Shown here: positions 10,808 through 21,021 of the stretch, piece by piece
How the letters are laid out: the number at the start of each line of letters is the position of its first letter
Numbering within the stretch: position 1 is the stretch's first letter
DNA from: Promethearchaeota archaeon
Lineage (GTDB): Archaea > Asgardarchaeota > Lokiarchaeia > Sigyniarchaeales > SOKP01
Assembly: GCA_016840165.1 (NCBI GenBank)
Contig: JAEOSU010000051.1
Span: 32,001 to 96,000, forward strand
DNA length: 64,000 nucleotides
Direction of reading: 5' to 3'
The notes under the pieces: generated by a model
Database searches by the model: none
The model's input: only the letters and a program-made list of their open reading frames with translations
Told to the model about the DNA's origin: nothing
Position numbers and translations under genes: made by a program

Positions 10808-10882
10808 TTATATAGAATAAAGAATATCAATATTATAAAGATTATATATATTATATATATCTGACTATATAGATATATATAG
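10808..10882. promoter_or_regulatory. Cluster of (C/T/A)TATATAG motifs upstream of AbrB-PhoU; putative Pho operator
   Basis: TTATATAG 10808-10815, CTATATAG 10865-10872 and further TATATA repeats; the same motif recurs before pstS and pstCA. Confidence 0.45.
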
Positions 10883-11030
10883 TTATTACCAAAACTAGTT
10901 CTTAAGCGCTCGTTCGATGTTTGATAAAATTGAAAACGTGAAGTATAAAAACATAGCGTTTAAATAATAATATAAATAAAAATTAAAATGTTTAATATTT
11001 TATCATTAACGCTAAAATGGGGTATGATAT

Positions 11031-11855
11031 ATGGGAGAAAAAAAGCGTAAGTTTAAAATATATCTCTTAGCCGCGGTTATAATTACTTTGGTATCTTATA
11101 CAGTTCTTTTTATTCTCTTCTGGGAGCTTTTAGGAGGTGTATTAGTAGCTTCAGAGATTTTATGGGTAGGTTTTGTAATAAGTCTTTCTAAGGTAATAAT
11201 ATTGGCATTGATGAGCTTTTATATCTTTCGAAGATGGTTTAAACAAGATGCCATCTTTACATCTGATGCTTACTTTTTGTTTGGTTCTTTTTTCTGGATT
11301 TTGGTATCAGGTAAGATTCTAGATATTTTCTGGAACTTAGGATTTGTCGGTGAAGTCTTGGACATGAACCTCCTATTGTTTTTATTGAAGATACGATTTG
11401 CAATTGTTATACTAACGATTGTACCTATTCTATTTGTTGCTTTAGAAGCAATTTTAACCTTTGTTAACCTCTATAAGAAAAAAGAAATGAATAAGCAACA
11501 ATTCAGCAAGATACGAAAGAGAATAATTATCATTTATGTTATTATAATTGCTATTCTCATAGTAATAGCACCAAGTGTACCTTTCATGAACATAATGCTT
11601 CCGTTTGTGTCGTTTCCAATGTTTCTCTTTATTGCGATTATGTTTCTCTATATGTATAAGAACAAGTATCTTTCTCAAGCACATGGTTTAATAATCGGTG
11701 TTTCATTTCTACTTCTTATCATTGCAAGTATTATTCGTTCAATCTTATCACTTTCATTTGAGGCATTGCCAGTAATACTAGCTGAGTTTATAGATATTGG
11801 TGTATATATACTAATGTTCATTGGGTTCATAACTAAACCAAGATATGCTAAATAA
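11031..11855 (+). CDS. Polytopic (7-8 TM) membrane protein, unknown function
   Basis: About 8 hydrophobic segments with basic loops; no catalytic motif recognised. Confidence 0.75.
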   Translation: MGEKKRKFKIYLLAAVIITLVSYTVLFILFWELLGGVLVASEILWVGFVISLSKVIILALMSFYIFRRWFKQDAIFTSDAYFLFGSFFWILVSGKILDIFWNLGFVGEVLDMNLLLFLLKIRFAIVILTIVPILFVALEAILTFVNLYKKKEMNKQQFSKIRKRIIIIYVIIIAILIVIAPSVPFMNIMLPFVSFPMFLFIAIMFLYMYKNKYLSQAHGLIIGVSFLLLIIASIIRSILSLSFEALPVILAEFIDIGVYILMFIGFITKPRYAK

Positions 11856-11952
11856 TAGTTTTTTCAATTTCTTATTTTTTCTAAAAATTCGTGTAGATTA
11901 AATTGATTTTTTTTAAATTAATTTAAACTAGAGCAAAAAAGTTCTTCATACC

Positions 11953-13251
11953 ATGATCTGGATAACTATAGTTCTAAGTTCATCTCTATCTGTCGGATTT
12001 TTTTACCTATTAGATCTCTATTTAAAGAAAAGAGGATCTTCACTTAAGAAAATTTTAAAAGCTCAATTTAGATTCTCTAAGAGGCTTATTCGAACTAAAA
12101 GGATATTAAGTTTCTTCGGAATTTATCTTATATTAGGAGGAATGGTCTTCACATTTTACAATATAAGTAATCGTATAGCTTTTAATCGTGTTTATTCTGG
12201 ATATTCGGAATGGCGAGATAGTAATGGTGAGTTATATCTTTATATTGAAGCGGATGATTACTATGATTTGGGATATCAAACGGGCAAAGGATTGGCAATG
12301 AATATTGCTCTCATGAAATATGAGTTAATGATATCGTCTCTGATGTTTGGAATTGATTATTTTTCAATGATAAACTTGGCTAAGCAATATTTAGAGTATA
12401 TACCAGATAATTATCTCCTTGAATTATATGGAATGAGCGAAGGAGCTACAGCGGGGAGTGGTTTTTATCTTTCTTTTGAAGACATTTTAGTTCAATCCGT
12501 ATTTCTTGAGGTTATTTACGGTCGTGTACTTCCTGAAAAGACTATATCATTTGGGTGTACCGCATTTGGAACAGTTAACAGCAATAATAAATCTTTAATT
12601 GGTCAAAATATTGATCTTGTAAAACCGATGGGAGCATGTGGAGCGTTCGTATTAGAAAAATTTCAAGATCATCCCCTAACCTTTACCTATCGCATAGGTG
12701 CTTGTACTTTGCCTATGGGGAAAAATGAGTATGATATTGTTGTGAATATGAATTTGGTCCAATTAAATATTCAATCTGAACTAACTACTCCTTTTTTTAT
12801 ATTAGCGAGAGAAGCATTTTCTCAATCCAATACCATTGAACAATGTTATGATCGAATTTTCCAAAATCATTCACTTCCTTACGGATGTAACATTCTTATT
12901 GCTCAGAATAACAGTTTATTTGCAGTTCAATGCTTACCTGATGAGTTTAATTTATTATATCCTAATTCTTCAATAGTCCAATCTAATACGTATCTGAATG
13001 AAACTTGGCAAGATAAATTGGCAGATCCTAATTATTCTAAAGCAAGGCAAGAATATGCAGAAACTATACTTCTCTCTGCTTTTGGAGATAATAATTTAAC
13101 CAATTCCGAATTGATTTCGATTTTAGGGAATAAACCTATTATCTGTCGAGATGAAGGAGGTCTAACTGGTGATGGCACTGTAGCTTTCTTGACCTCTCTA
13201 TATTTTGGAATAGGAACGGTTTATGATAATATTGGAATTATCCCCATCTAA
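11953..13251 (+). CDS. Membrane-anchored peptidase C45 / Ntn-hydrolase (NAAA/acid-ceramidase-like fold)
   Basis: YDLGYQTG, ELYGMSEGA, GCTAF (nucleophile Cys), GQNID; two N-terminal TM segments. Confidence 0.8.
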   Translation: MIWITIVLSSSLSVGFFYLLDLYLKKRGSSLKKILKAQFRFSKRLIRTKRILSFFGIYLILGGMVFTFYNISNRIAFNRVYSGYSEWRDSNGELYLYIEADDYYDLGYQTGKGLAMNIALMKYELMISSLMFGIDYFSMINLAKQYLEYIPDNYLLELYGMSEGATAGSGFYLSFEDILVQSVFLEVIYGRVLPEKTISFGCTAFGTVNSNNKSLIGQNIDLVKPMGACGAFVLEKFQDHPLTFTYRIGACTLPMGKNEYDIVVNMNLVQLNIQSELTTPFFILAREAFSQSNTIEQCYDRIFQNHSLPYGCNILIAQNNSLFAVQCLPDEFNLLYPNSSIVQSNTYLNETWQDKLADPNYSKARQEYAETILLSAFGDNNLTNSELISILGNKPIICRDEGGLTGDGTVAFLTSLYFGIGTVYDNIGIIPI

Positions 13252-13383
13252 TTTTAATTCTCTTTATGATGTCTATAATGTTGAAATTAGACATTTTTCT
13301 TTTTTAAATCGCTGAAAATTTTATATTCGATAGCTCTCTATTATGATATACTCAACCCAAATCTTTAACTTAATTAAATATAA

Positions 13384-13902
13384 ATGAAACAAATCGCTCT
13401 TAAATTTCTGGTTTTAGGTGATGGTGGAGTTGGAAAGACAACACTCCTTCACAGGTATGTAAAGGGTAAGTTTCTAAATACAGCAACTATGACTATTGGA
13501 GTTGAATTTCTCTCAAAACAAATTCAGATGAATGGAATTATATGTCAGCTAATCTTATGGGATATCTCGGGTCAAGATCGCTTTCGTTTTATGATTGACA
13601 AATATATGAGAGGTGCAAGTGGAGCTCTTTTACTCTTTGATACTACTAACATGACATCATTCGTGAATATTGGTAAATGGGTAAATCTTGTAAGAAAATA
13701 TTACCAAAACTTACCGATTCTATTAATCGCAGCAAAATGCGATCTTGAAGAGTTTTCAATTGTAGGAGATATTTATGCGAAAAAGACAAAAGAGCGTTTT
13801 GGGATGGTTGACTTTATTAAGACATCATCGAAGTCAGGCATGAATGTGAAATTAGCATTTGAGACCTTAGCAAATTATATAGTTCAGCTAAAAAAAATAT
13901 GA
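13384..13902 (+). CDS. Rab-like small GTPase
   Basis: G1 GDGGVGKT, TIGVEF, WDISGQDRFR, YMRGA, LLFDTT, G4 AKCD, G5 TSSK; no C-terminal prenylation Cys. Confidence 0.93.
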   Translation: MKQIALKFLVLGDGGVGKTTLLHRYVKGKFLNTATMTIGVEFLSKQIQMNGIICQLILWDISGQDRFRFMIDKYMRGASGALLLFDTTNMTSFVNIGKWVNLVRKYYQNLPILLIAAKCDLEEFSIVGDIYAKKTKERFGMVDFIKTSSKSGMNVKLAFETLANYIVQLKKI

Positions 13903-14037
13903 TCCCTAATACCGATATATGAAATAATATCAATTGTCTTTAGTTCTAATATATATAAACCATGTAAAATGTATCTCATTTTTTTCCAATGAGTATTAAT
14001 AAGGTAATATTTCTCTAAAAGACCTTAAAAATCAAAA

Positions 14038-14082
14038 CTATATAGATCATATACTCTCAATATTAACCAATAATCTATATCG
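14038..14082. promoter_or_regulatory. CTATATAG palindrome (14038-14045) and CTATATCG (14075-14082) upstream of pstS; putative Pho operator
   Basis: ACTATATAGAT is identical to the copy at 10864-10874. Confidence 0.45.
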
Positions 14083-14154
14083 AGATGGCTTTTATTTCCT
14101 TAATTCCACTTCAAAATAACCTAATTTAAAAATTAACCCAAAATCAATTGATAA

Positions 14155-15066
14155 GTGAAAATTAATATGCAAAAAAATGCTTTAGCTGTTTTAATGGTAA
14201 TAATCGGTCTTATTGGGGGTACTTTTATCGGTTGGGGAATCACTGCAACCTTAACTCCTGGCGGAGTGCAATTTGTTACTATTGAAATTACAGGATCAAC
14301 CACTTGTGAGCCAGTTATTACAACCTGTTCAGAGATTTTCATGGCTATTAATCCTAACGTAGATATCTCCGTAACTGGTACTGGTTCAGGCTCTGGTATT
14401 GCTGATACAATAAGTAGTCTAAATGATATTGGTATGTCTTCTAGAAATATCAAACCTGATGAGAATATTACTGCAGGTGGTACATTAGTAGATTACCAAT
14501 TCGCTAAAGATGGTATTGCCGTCATTATCGACGCGGATCATCCAGATGCTGCGTGGTTAGAATCAAATGGTCTAACTATGGACGAAGTATTCTCAATATT
14601 TAATGGTACATATAGTCATTGGAGCAACATATCAGGATCATTATCTGAAGAAACAATTGACTGTTATACTCGACCAGACGGTTCTGGAACAAGAGCTACG
14701 TTTGAAGAGTTGGTTATTTCCTTCGGAGAGGAACTTGGAGATAATGCAGGATATCAAGCTTCAGTTACTGGATATACTCAAGTGGCTTCTAATTCATTGA
14801 TTGTCCAAGGAGTAGCTGGTAATAACTACGGATTCGGATATTGTGGTCTTGGTTACGTCGATGCATCCGTCACTGCTGTTAAAATTAATAATGTAACTCC
14901 ATCAGTAGCTACAATATTAGACGATTCTTATCCAATCTCTCGATCCCTACATCTTTTAACTAATGGACCTGCAACCGGATGGATACAAGCCTTTTTAGAC
15001 TTTATTTATGGTCCTTATGGACAAGAAGTTGTAGCTAATGAGGGATTTATCCGTCTTTGGTTCTAA
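14155..15066 (+). CDS. pstS: Phosphate ABC transporter substrate-binding protein
   Basis: ITGSTT, GSGSGI, DIGMSSR, RPDGSGTR, YPISRSL; N-terminal membrane anchor. Confidence 0.95.
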   Translation: MKINMQKNALAVLMVIIGLIGGTFIGWGITATLTPGGVQFVTIEITGSTTCEPVITTCSEIFMAINPNVDISVTGTGSGSGIADTISSLNDIGMSSRNIKPDENITAGGTLVDYQFAKDGIAVIIDADHPDAAWLESNGLTMDEVFSIFNGTYSHWSNISGSLSEETIDCYTRPDGSGTRATFEELVISFGEELGDNAGYQASVTGYTQVASNSLIVQGVAGNNYGFGYCGLGYVDASVTAVKINNVTPSVATILDDSYPISRSLHLLTNGPATGWIQAFLDFIYGPYGQEVVANEGFIRLWF

Positions 15067-15338
15067 ATAAAATAAATTTCATTTAAATAAAAATTAAGTT
15101 ATCATTTTTTTATCTTCTTTAATTTGTGGAAATCTCTTATTTTTATATGAATTTGAGAATGAAATATATAGATTATATAGGGTATATATTTGACTATAAT
15201 ATATGGTGATTATGAATTTAATCAATATAATGTTATTTTTCCTATAAAGAGTAAAATTATACAATTAATCACTTATTATCATAATCAATTTTATCTTAAT
15301 TGATTATAAATAAATTGGTTTGAGTCATTGAAAGAATT

Positions 15339-17456
15339 ATGGCCACAGAAACTGTTTTTGAGGAAGAAGTTCTTTTCCAAGATGACGATTTTTCTTATTT
15401 AAAGAAAAACCGGGATCCCTTGATTAAATGGATCTTGTTTGCTTTTGCCTCAGTAGCAACTGTATTTGTGTTTTTAATTATTATCTTTTTATTTGTTAAC
15501 GGAGCTCCATTTTTTGTACAAGTCCCATTACAGGACTTTTTTTTTGGTACTAATTGGCTTCCCTCAGCAGGAGATTTTGGTGCCTTACCAATTATTATTG
15601 ATACACTATTGGTAACTTTAGGAGCGATTGTTATTGCGTTACCATTGGGTATCCTTACTGCAATATTTATTGCGGAGTTAGCACCTCCTTTATTGAGGCA
15701 AATACTTAAATTCACTGTAGAAATACTCGCAGGTATTCCATCAATAGTATATGGCTTCTTTGGGGTGGCAATTCTGAATACTTGGATAAAGGATATATTT
15801 GGGATGCATGATGGAAGAAGTTGGCTTTCTGGTTCTCTTATACTAGCTATAATGGCATTACCTACCATTGTATCAGTATGTGAAGACGCAATTCGAGCAG
15901 TTCCCGATTATTATCGAGATGCATCTTATGCAATGGGAGCAACAAAATGGCAAACCATCCGTAAGGTGGTAATACCCGCTGGAATGTCAGGGATAACAGC
16001 TGCGATGATTCTAGGAATTGGGCGAGCCTTAGGTGAGACTATGGCAATGACATTAGTAATTGGCAATAGTTATCGCTTACCCGACCCGCTAACAAATATG
16101 TTGAGTCAAGTAACGGTAATAACTTCAACTATTGCTACAAATTGGGGGCCAACTGTAGAAGGTAGTATTGAGCAAAAAAGTCTCTTAGCACTTGGAATTG
16201 TACTATTTATCATGGCTTTACTCGTAAATACGCTTTCAAATATTATTATGACTAGGGTTAAAAGAAAATTTACTGGTCAAAAACCAAAAGAAAAATTTTT
16301 AAAATTAAAAAATTCGAACTATTATAAATTATACAAGCAGTATAGACAATGGATAATTACTGCTCTTGTTATAATATTAGTAATATTAGTCTTACCTGAT
16401 TTTAATTCTCAAATTTTCGGAGCTTTATTAATTTCTGGATTAAGTGTTTTATATTATATCTATAAAAAAGTACCAAAACAACATAAAAGACTTGTGATCT
16501 ATTCTGTCTTGCTTTCATTCTTTGGATGGATACTTAGTACGTGGATAGGAATATTTTTAGCTATATCTATGTGCTTAATAATTTTTGCCTCCTTAATTCT
16601 CCTTAAGCGTATTTCTACCGTGATTCAACAGCGAATATGGTTTGTCATCATCTATTCAAGTTCTGCATTTGCTGTTTTCGCAGTAGGTCTTTTAATATAC
16701 TATATTGTAGTGACAGGAGCACCTGTATTTCTTGAGCCTGGCTTTCTTACGGGCGTGCCAAGTAATAGTGGAAGAGAAGGGGGAATTTTCCCAGCAATCA
16801 TTGGAACTTTACAACTCACAATAGGTTCAATATTATTTGCACTCCCTCTAGGCATGTTTGCAGGGATATATCTTTCTGAGTATGCGAGGGATAGCAAAAT
16901 AACTAAATTTTTTCGAGCTGGTATAGATAATCTAAATGGTACGCCTTCAATTGTTTTTGGCTTATTTGGAGTAATGTTTTTTCTTTTATTTATTGGCTTG
17001 CCAAGATCCTTGTTAGTCGGAATTTTAACCTTAGGGTTAATGATCCTTCCTACAATCATAAGAACTACTGAAGAAGCTGTTAAAGCAATTCCTCAATCTT
17101 TTCGAGAAGGAAGTTTAGCATTAGGTTCAAGTAAATTTCAAGGAATTCTTAAAATAGTGGTACCCGCAGCTATACCCGGAATAGTGACAGGGGCTGTTTT
17201 AGGGATGGGTCGAAGTGCAGGAGAAACAGCACCAATAATGTTTACAGCAGTAAGATCCCACTCTTCCTATATATCATTCTCGTTATTAAATCCCGTTATG
17301 ACACTCACTTATCACTTATTTCGATTAAGTGGTGAAGTCACAGGAGGACTTGAACGAGCTGCTGGAACGGCTTTGACTCTATTGTTATTAGTTTTAGTTT
17401 TGTATAGTTTTGCATTTATTATTCGTATTAGATATGAAAAAAGAAAACAATGGTGA
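15339..17456 (+). CDS. pstCA: Fused phosphate ABC permease PstC-PstA
   Basis: N-half [10 protein letters not shown]…RALGETMA (PstC); C-half [10 protein letters not shown]…PSIVFGLFG…GETAP (PstA); extra TM linker between them. Confidence 0.93.
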   Translation: MATETVFEEEVLFQDDDFSYLKKNRDPLIKWILFAFASVATVFVFLIIIFLFVNGAPFFVQVPLQDFFFGTNWLPSAGDFGALPIIIDTLLVTLGAIVIALPLGILTAIFIAELAPPLLRQILKFTVEILAGIPSIVYGFFGVAILNTWIKDIFGMHDGRSWLSGSLILAIMALPTIVSVCEDAIRAVPDYYRDASYAMGATKWQTIRKVVIPAGMSGITAAMILGIGRALGETMAMTLVIGNSYRLPDPLTNMLSQVTVITSTIATNWGPTVEGSIEQKSLLALGIVLFIMALLVNTLSNIIMTRVKRKFTGQKPKEKFLKLKNSNYYKLYKQYRQWIITALVIILVILVLPDFNSQIFGALLISGLSVLYYIYKKVPKQHKRLVIYSVLLSFFGWILSTWIGIFLAISMCLIIFASLILLKRISTVIQQRIWFVIIYSSSAFAVFAVGLLIYYIVVTGAPVFLEPGFLTGVPSNSGREGGIFPAIIGTLQLTIGSILFALPLGMFAGIYLSEYARDSKITKFFRAGIDNLNGTPSIVFGLFGVMFFLLFIGLPRSLLVGILTLGLMILPTIIRTTEEAVKAIPQSFREGSLALGSSKFQGILKIVVPAAIPGIVTGAVLGMGRSAGETAPIMFTAVRSHSSYISFSLLNPVMTLTYHLFRLSGEVTGGLERAAGTALTLLLLVLVLYSFAFIIRIRYEKRKQW

Positions 17457-18286
17457 AAAATTTGCTTATAAAAATTAAAAGTAAATATAAACAAGAATTT
17501 GAAAATAACGAATATCTGAAGGAGTATAATAATGAATTTGTAATCGAATGTCGCGACTTAAATCTTTGGTACGACGAATTTCAGGCATTAAAAAACATTA
17601 ACATGAAATATCGTAAGAATAAAGTAACAGCGATAATTGGCCCCTCAGGATGTGGTAAGAGCACCCTTCTTCGATGCTTCAATCGAATGAACGATGTGAT
17701 TGAAGATTGCAGAATTGAAGGTCAGGTATTGTTTAATGGGAAGAATCTTTATGACAGCAATGCAGATATTCGATTGAATCGTAAGAAAATTGGGATGATT
17801 TTTCAAAAACCGAATCCATTTCCAATGTCCATCTATGATAATATCACATATGGTCCTAAGATCCATAAAATTATAGAAGATGATGTACTAGAAAAAATAA
17901 CTGAGAGGTGTCTTAAACGAGCTGTTTTATGGGATGAGGTGATGGACAGACTGGATGATTCTGCAATGGGTTTATCAGGAGGTCAGCAACAACGATTATG
18001 TATCGCCAGAGCGCTCGCAGTGGAGCCAGAATTGTTACTAATGGATGAGCCAACAGCTTCACTTGATCCAATCGCGACACAGAAAATTGAGGATTTAATA
18101 CTTCAATTAAAAGAAGAATGGACAGTTATTATTGTCACCCATAATATGCAACAAGCAGCACGGATTTCAGATTATACAGCCTTTATGTATCTTGGTCAGA
18201 TGATTGAATATGGCGAAACTACTCAAATATTTGAAAATCCTCAAGAAAAGTTAACAGAAAATTATATAACAGGAAGATTTGGTTAG
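17450..18286 (+). CDS. pstB: Phosphate ABC transporter ATPase
   Basis: [51 protein letters not shown]. Confidence 0.97.
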   Translation: MVKNLLIKIKSKYKQEFENNEYLKEYNNEFVIECRDLNLWYDEFQALKNINMKYRKNKVTAIIGPSGCGKSTLLRCFNRMNDVIEDCRIEGQVLFNGKNLYDSNADIRLNRKKIGMIFQKPNPFPMSIYDNITYGPKIHKIIEDDVLEKITERCLKRAVLWDEVMDRLDDSAMGLSGGQQQRLCIARALAVEPELLLMDEPTASLDPIATQKIEDLILQLKEEWTVIIVTHNMQQAARISDYTAFMYLGQMIEYGETTQIFENPQEKLTENYITGRFG

Positions 18287-18949
18287 GTGGATATTATGAC
18301 AACAGAAATGCATAAAGAATTAATTACACTTAAAAATGAAGTTTCTAAAATGGGGCATTTTGCGTTAAATATGCTAAGTGATTCGATTGAATCCCTTTAT
18401 TATCAAGATATACGACTTGCTTCCGACGTATTAAGTAAAAAGGATATGATTAGAGATTATGATAACCAAATAGAAGAGAAAACACTTAAACTCATCATGC
18501 TCTACCAACCAATGGCTATCGATCTTAGGAGTCTTGCTGCTATTCTAAAAATAATTACTTATTTGCATAGAATTGGAAGATATGGTAAAGATATTGCCGA
18601 TGTAGTAAAAAAACATTTGTCTGATAAACAGGTTGCTCTCAACCTCGTGAATTTACGACACATTTATGAGCATGTTCAGATTATGATTAGCGATGCGCTT
18701 TTAGCATTCGAAAAAATGGATATTTCCTTAATTAAAGATTTTAAAGCAAGAGATGACGAGGTAGATAAACTAAGATGGTCTATTTTTCGCGAGTGTCTTA
18801 CTTATATGATTGAAGATCCAAAATATATAACGGAATGTGCCCATTACATGATGTTTGCCCGTTACCTTGAGAGGTGCGGTGACCATGCCTGTAAAATAGC
18901 TGAAAAAATATATTATATGGTTACTGGCAACCACATTGAAATCAGTTAA
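18287..18949 (+). CDS. phoU: Phosphate signalling protein PhoU
   Basis: QPMAIDLR, DDEVD, RYLERCGDHA; follows pstB. Confidence 0.95.
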   Translation: MDIMTTEMHKELITLKNEVSKMGHFALNMLSDSIESLYYQDIRLASDVLSKKDMIRDYDNQIEEKTLKLIMLYQPMAIDLRSLAAILKIITYLHRIGRYGKDIADVVKKHLSDKQVALNLVNLRHIYEHVQIMISDALLAFEKMDISLIKDFKARDDEVDKLRWSIFRECLTYMIEDPKYITECAHYMMFARYLERCGDHACKIAEKIYYMVTGNHIEIS

Positions 18950-19185
18950 CTATATATTTTTGCTTTTTGCGTAATTCTATTGTAGAGGTTTTTTAAATGA
19001 TGTTATTTGGTATAACTTCAGTTTAAGTGTTGATATAATCATAGATTTCATATATATGAACTTAAAATAGATCTCCCGAAACATTATAGATTCCATCTAT
19101 AATTTAAAAATATAAAATTTAATTGGAATTCATAACATTTTAGCTTATTTAAGAACTAATTATAATTATTGATTTTAAATTTAAA

Positions 19186-21021
19186 ATGAAAAAAGCTGAT
19201 AATCTTTATTCGGATCATCAACTCGCAGAATTTAAGCTAGAAAAAGATTCCTTTCAGAAAAGTCGTAAAAAAGGAGCACGTAGATGGATTTTAGCACACA
19301 TTTTTTACGGCTCTAATAAATTGTTTATCATAGTAGTATTATTTACAACTATAATTGCATCAGTACTAGCCTCACTATTATCTGTCATTATTGGGAATGC
19401 AGTCGAAGAATTTCTTAATGCAAATATTAGTAGCCTCATGTTTTTCACCCTCATTATATTGATTTTAGGATTATTAACTCCTATTTTCCGCTTAGTGAAT
19501 TATATGCAACGAGAATTGCTTGCTCAAAGATTAGAAAGAGATTCACGAAAAGAGTTTTATGCTAATCTATTAGGTAAAAGTCAATCATTTCATGATAAAC
19601 AAAAAATTGGAGAGCTCATGGCGCGAGCCACCGATGATGTTCGTATGTTAAATTTTTTAATGAGCCCTGCTATCTCATTGATATTAGAATCTTTTACCTC
19701 TTTAATAATTCCTTTATTTTTTATCTTGTTTTTATATCCCTTACAGCTCATCATTGAACCGGTGGTGTTCACTATACTCTTTTTAATCAATCTTCGGTCA
19801 TATAATCGAAAACTTTCACCTATTACTGGGAAACTAAGGATGAATTTCGGAATGATAAATTCTACGCTCAACGAAACGCTTTCTGGGATAGAAGTTGTTA
19901 AAGGATCAATAAAGGAGGATCATGAATATAAACGATACGAGAGATTCGCTCAAGATTATCGCGACGCGTTTATAGAACAAGGAAAGGTGCAGGCAAAATA
20001 TTATCCTATTCTCTTTTTGGCTCTTACCATTACAATTGGCTTTACCCATTCGCTCATCTTATACTCTGAGGGTCTAATAAACATCGGACAAATAATTTCC
20101 TATCTTGGTCTTTTAGGATTATTACGCTTTCCGACGTTTATATCTATTTTCGTCTTTGCCATAATAAAACTTGCGGGTTCGAGCGCGAAACGTTTACTTG
20201 AATTAATGAATAAAAAGTCTGAGATTGATGAGAATATTAAGGGAAAGACCAAAATCGTCCAAGGAGCGATAAAGTTTGAGAATGTAAGTTTCAAATACCC
20301 TGGGACTGATAATGAAGTCTTAAATGATATATCTTTTGAGGTTAAACCAGGTCAAACTGTTGCTATAGTAGGAACCACAGGTTCTGGAAAAACTACACTT
20401 ACAAAATTAATTTCACGCTTATATGATGTTTCTCAAGGGCGCATACTAGTGGATGACATTGACATTCGGAATTATGCATTAAAATCTTTAAGGGCTCAAA
20501 TTTCGTATATTGAACAAGATGTTTTTCTCTTTTCCTTTTCAGTGTTTGATAATATAGCATTTGGACGTGTCAGTTCATTAGATGAGGTTAAACAAGCAGC
20601 TATTCAAGCACAAGCAGATGATTTTATATCAAAATTGCCTAATGGCTATAACTCTGAGATCGGAGAAAGAGGTGTCCAGCTTAGTGGTGGTGAAAGACAA
20701 AGAGTTGCGATCGCTCGTGCATTTCTTTCCAATCCCCGGATATTAATTCTTGATGATTCTACTTCGGCAATCGATTCTAATACTGAAGATAAAATCCAGC
20801 AAGCAATTAAAAATATACTAGTCAACCGAACTACATTCTTAATTACCCATCGTTTAAGTCAAATTCGATGGGCAGATCTAATTATTGTGCTTAAAAATGG
20901 AAGAATTGAGGCTAAAGGCACTCATTGGGAACTTATTAAGGAATCAGAAGAGTACCGGAAGATATTTGTAAAGAAATTTGACTTAGATGAAGAACAATTA
21001 TTAAGAGGTGAGATCGGATAG
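19186..21021 (+). CDS. ABC exporter subunit (TMD+NBD), heterodimer partner 1
   Basis: 6 TM, GTTGSGKT, LSGGERQR, degenerate Walker B ILDDS. Confidence 0.93.
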   Translation: MKKADNLYSDHQLAEFKLEKDSFQKSRKKGARRWILAHIFYGSNKLFIIVVLFTTIIASVLASLLSVIIGNAVEEFLNANISSLMFFTLIILILGLLTPIFRLVNYMQRELLAQRLERDSRKEFYANLLGKSQSFHDKQKIGELMARATDDVRMLNFLMSPAISLILESFTSLIIPLFFILFLYPLQLIIEPVVFTILFLINLRSYNRKLSPITGKLRMNFGMINSTLNETLSGIEVVKGSIKEDHEYKRYERFAQDYRDAFIEQGKVQAKYYPILFLALTITIGFTHSLILYSEGLINIGQIISYLGLLGLLRFPTFISIFVFAIIKLAGSSAKRLLELMNKKSEIDENIKGKTKIVQGAIKFENVSFKYPGTDNEVLNDISFEVKPGQTVAIVGTTGSGKTTLTKLISRLYDVSQGRILVDDIDIRNYALKSLRAQISYIEQDVFLFSFSVFDNIAFGRVSSLDEVKQAAIQAQADDFISKLPNGYNSEIGERGVQLSGGERQRVAIARAFLSNPRILILDDSTSAIDSNTEDKIQQAIKNILVNRTTFLITHRLSQIRWADLIIVLKNGRIEAKGTHWELIKESEEYRKIFVKKFDLDEEQLLRGEIG

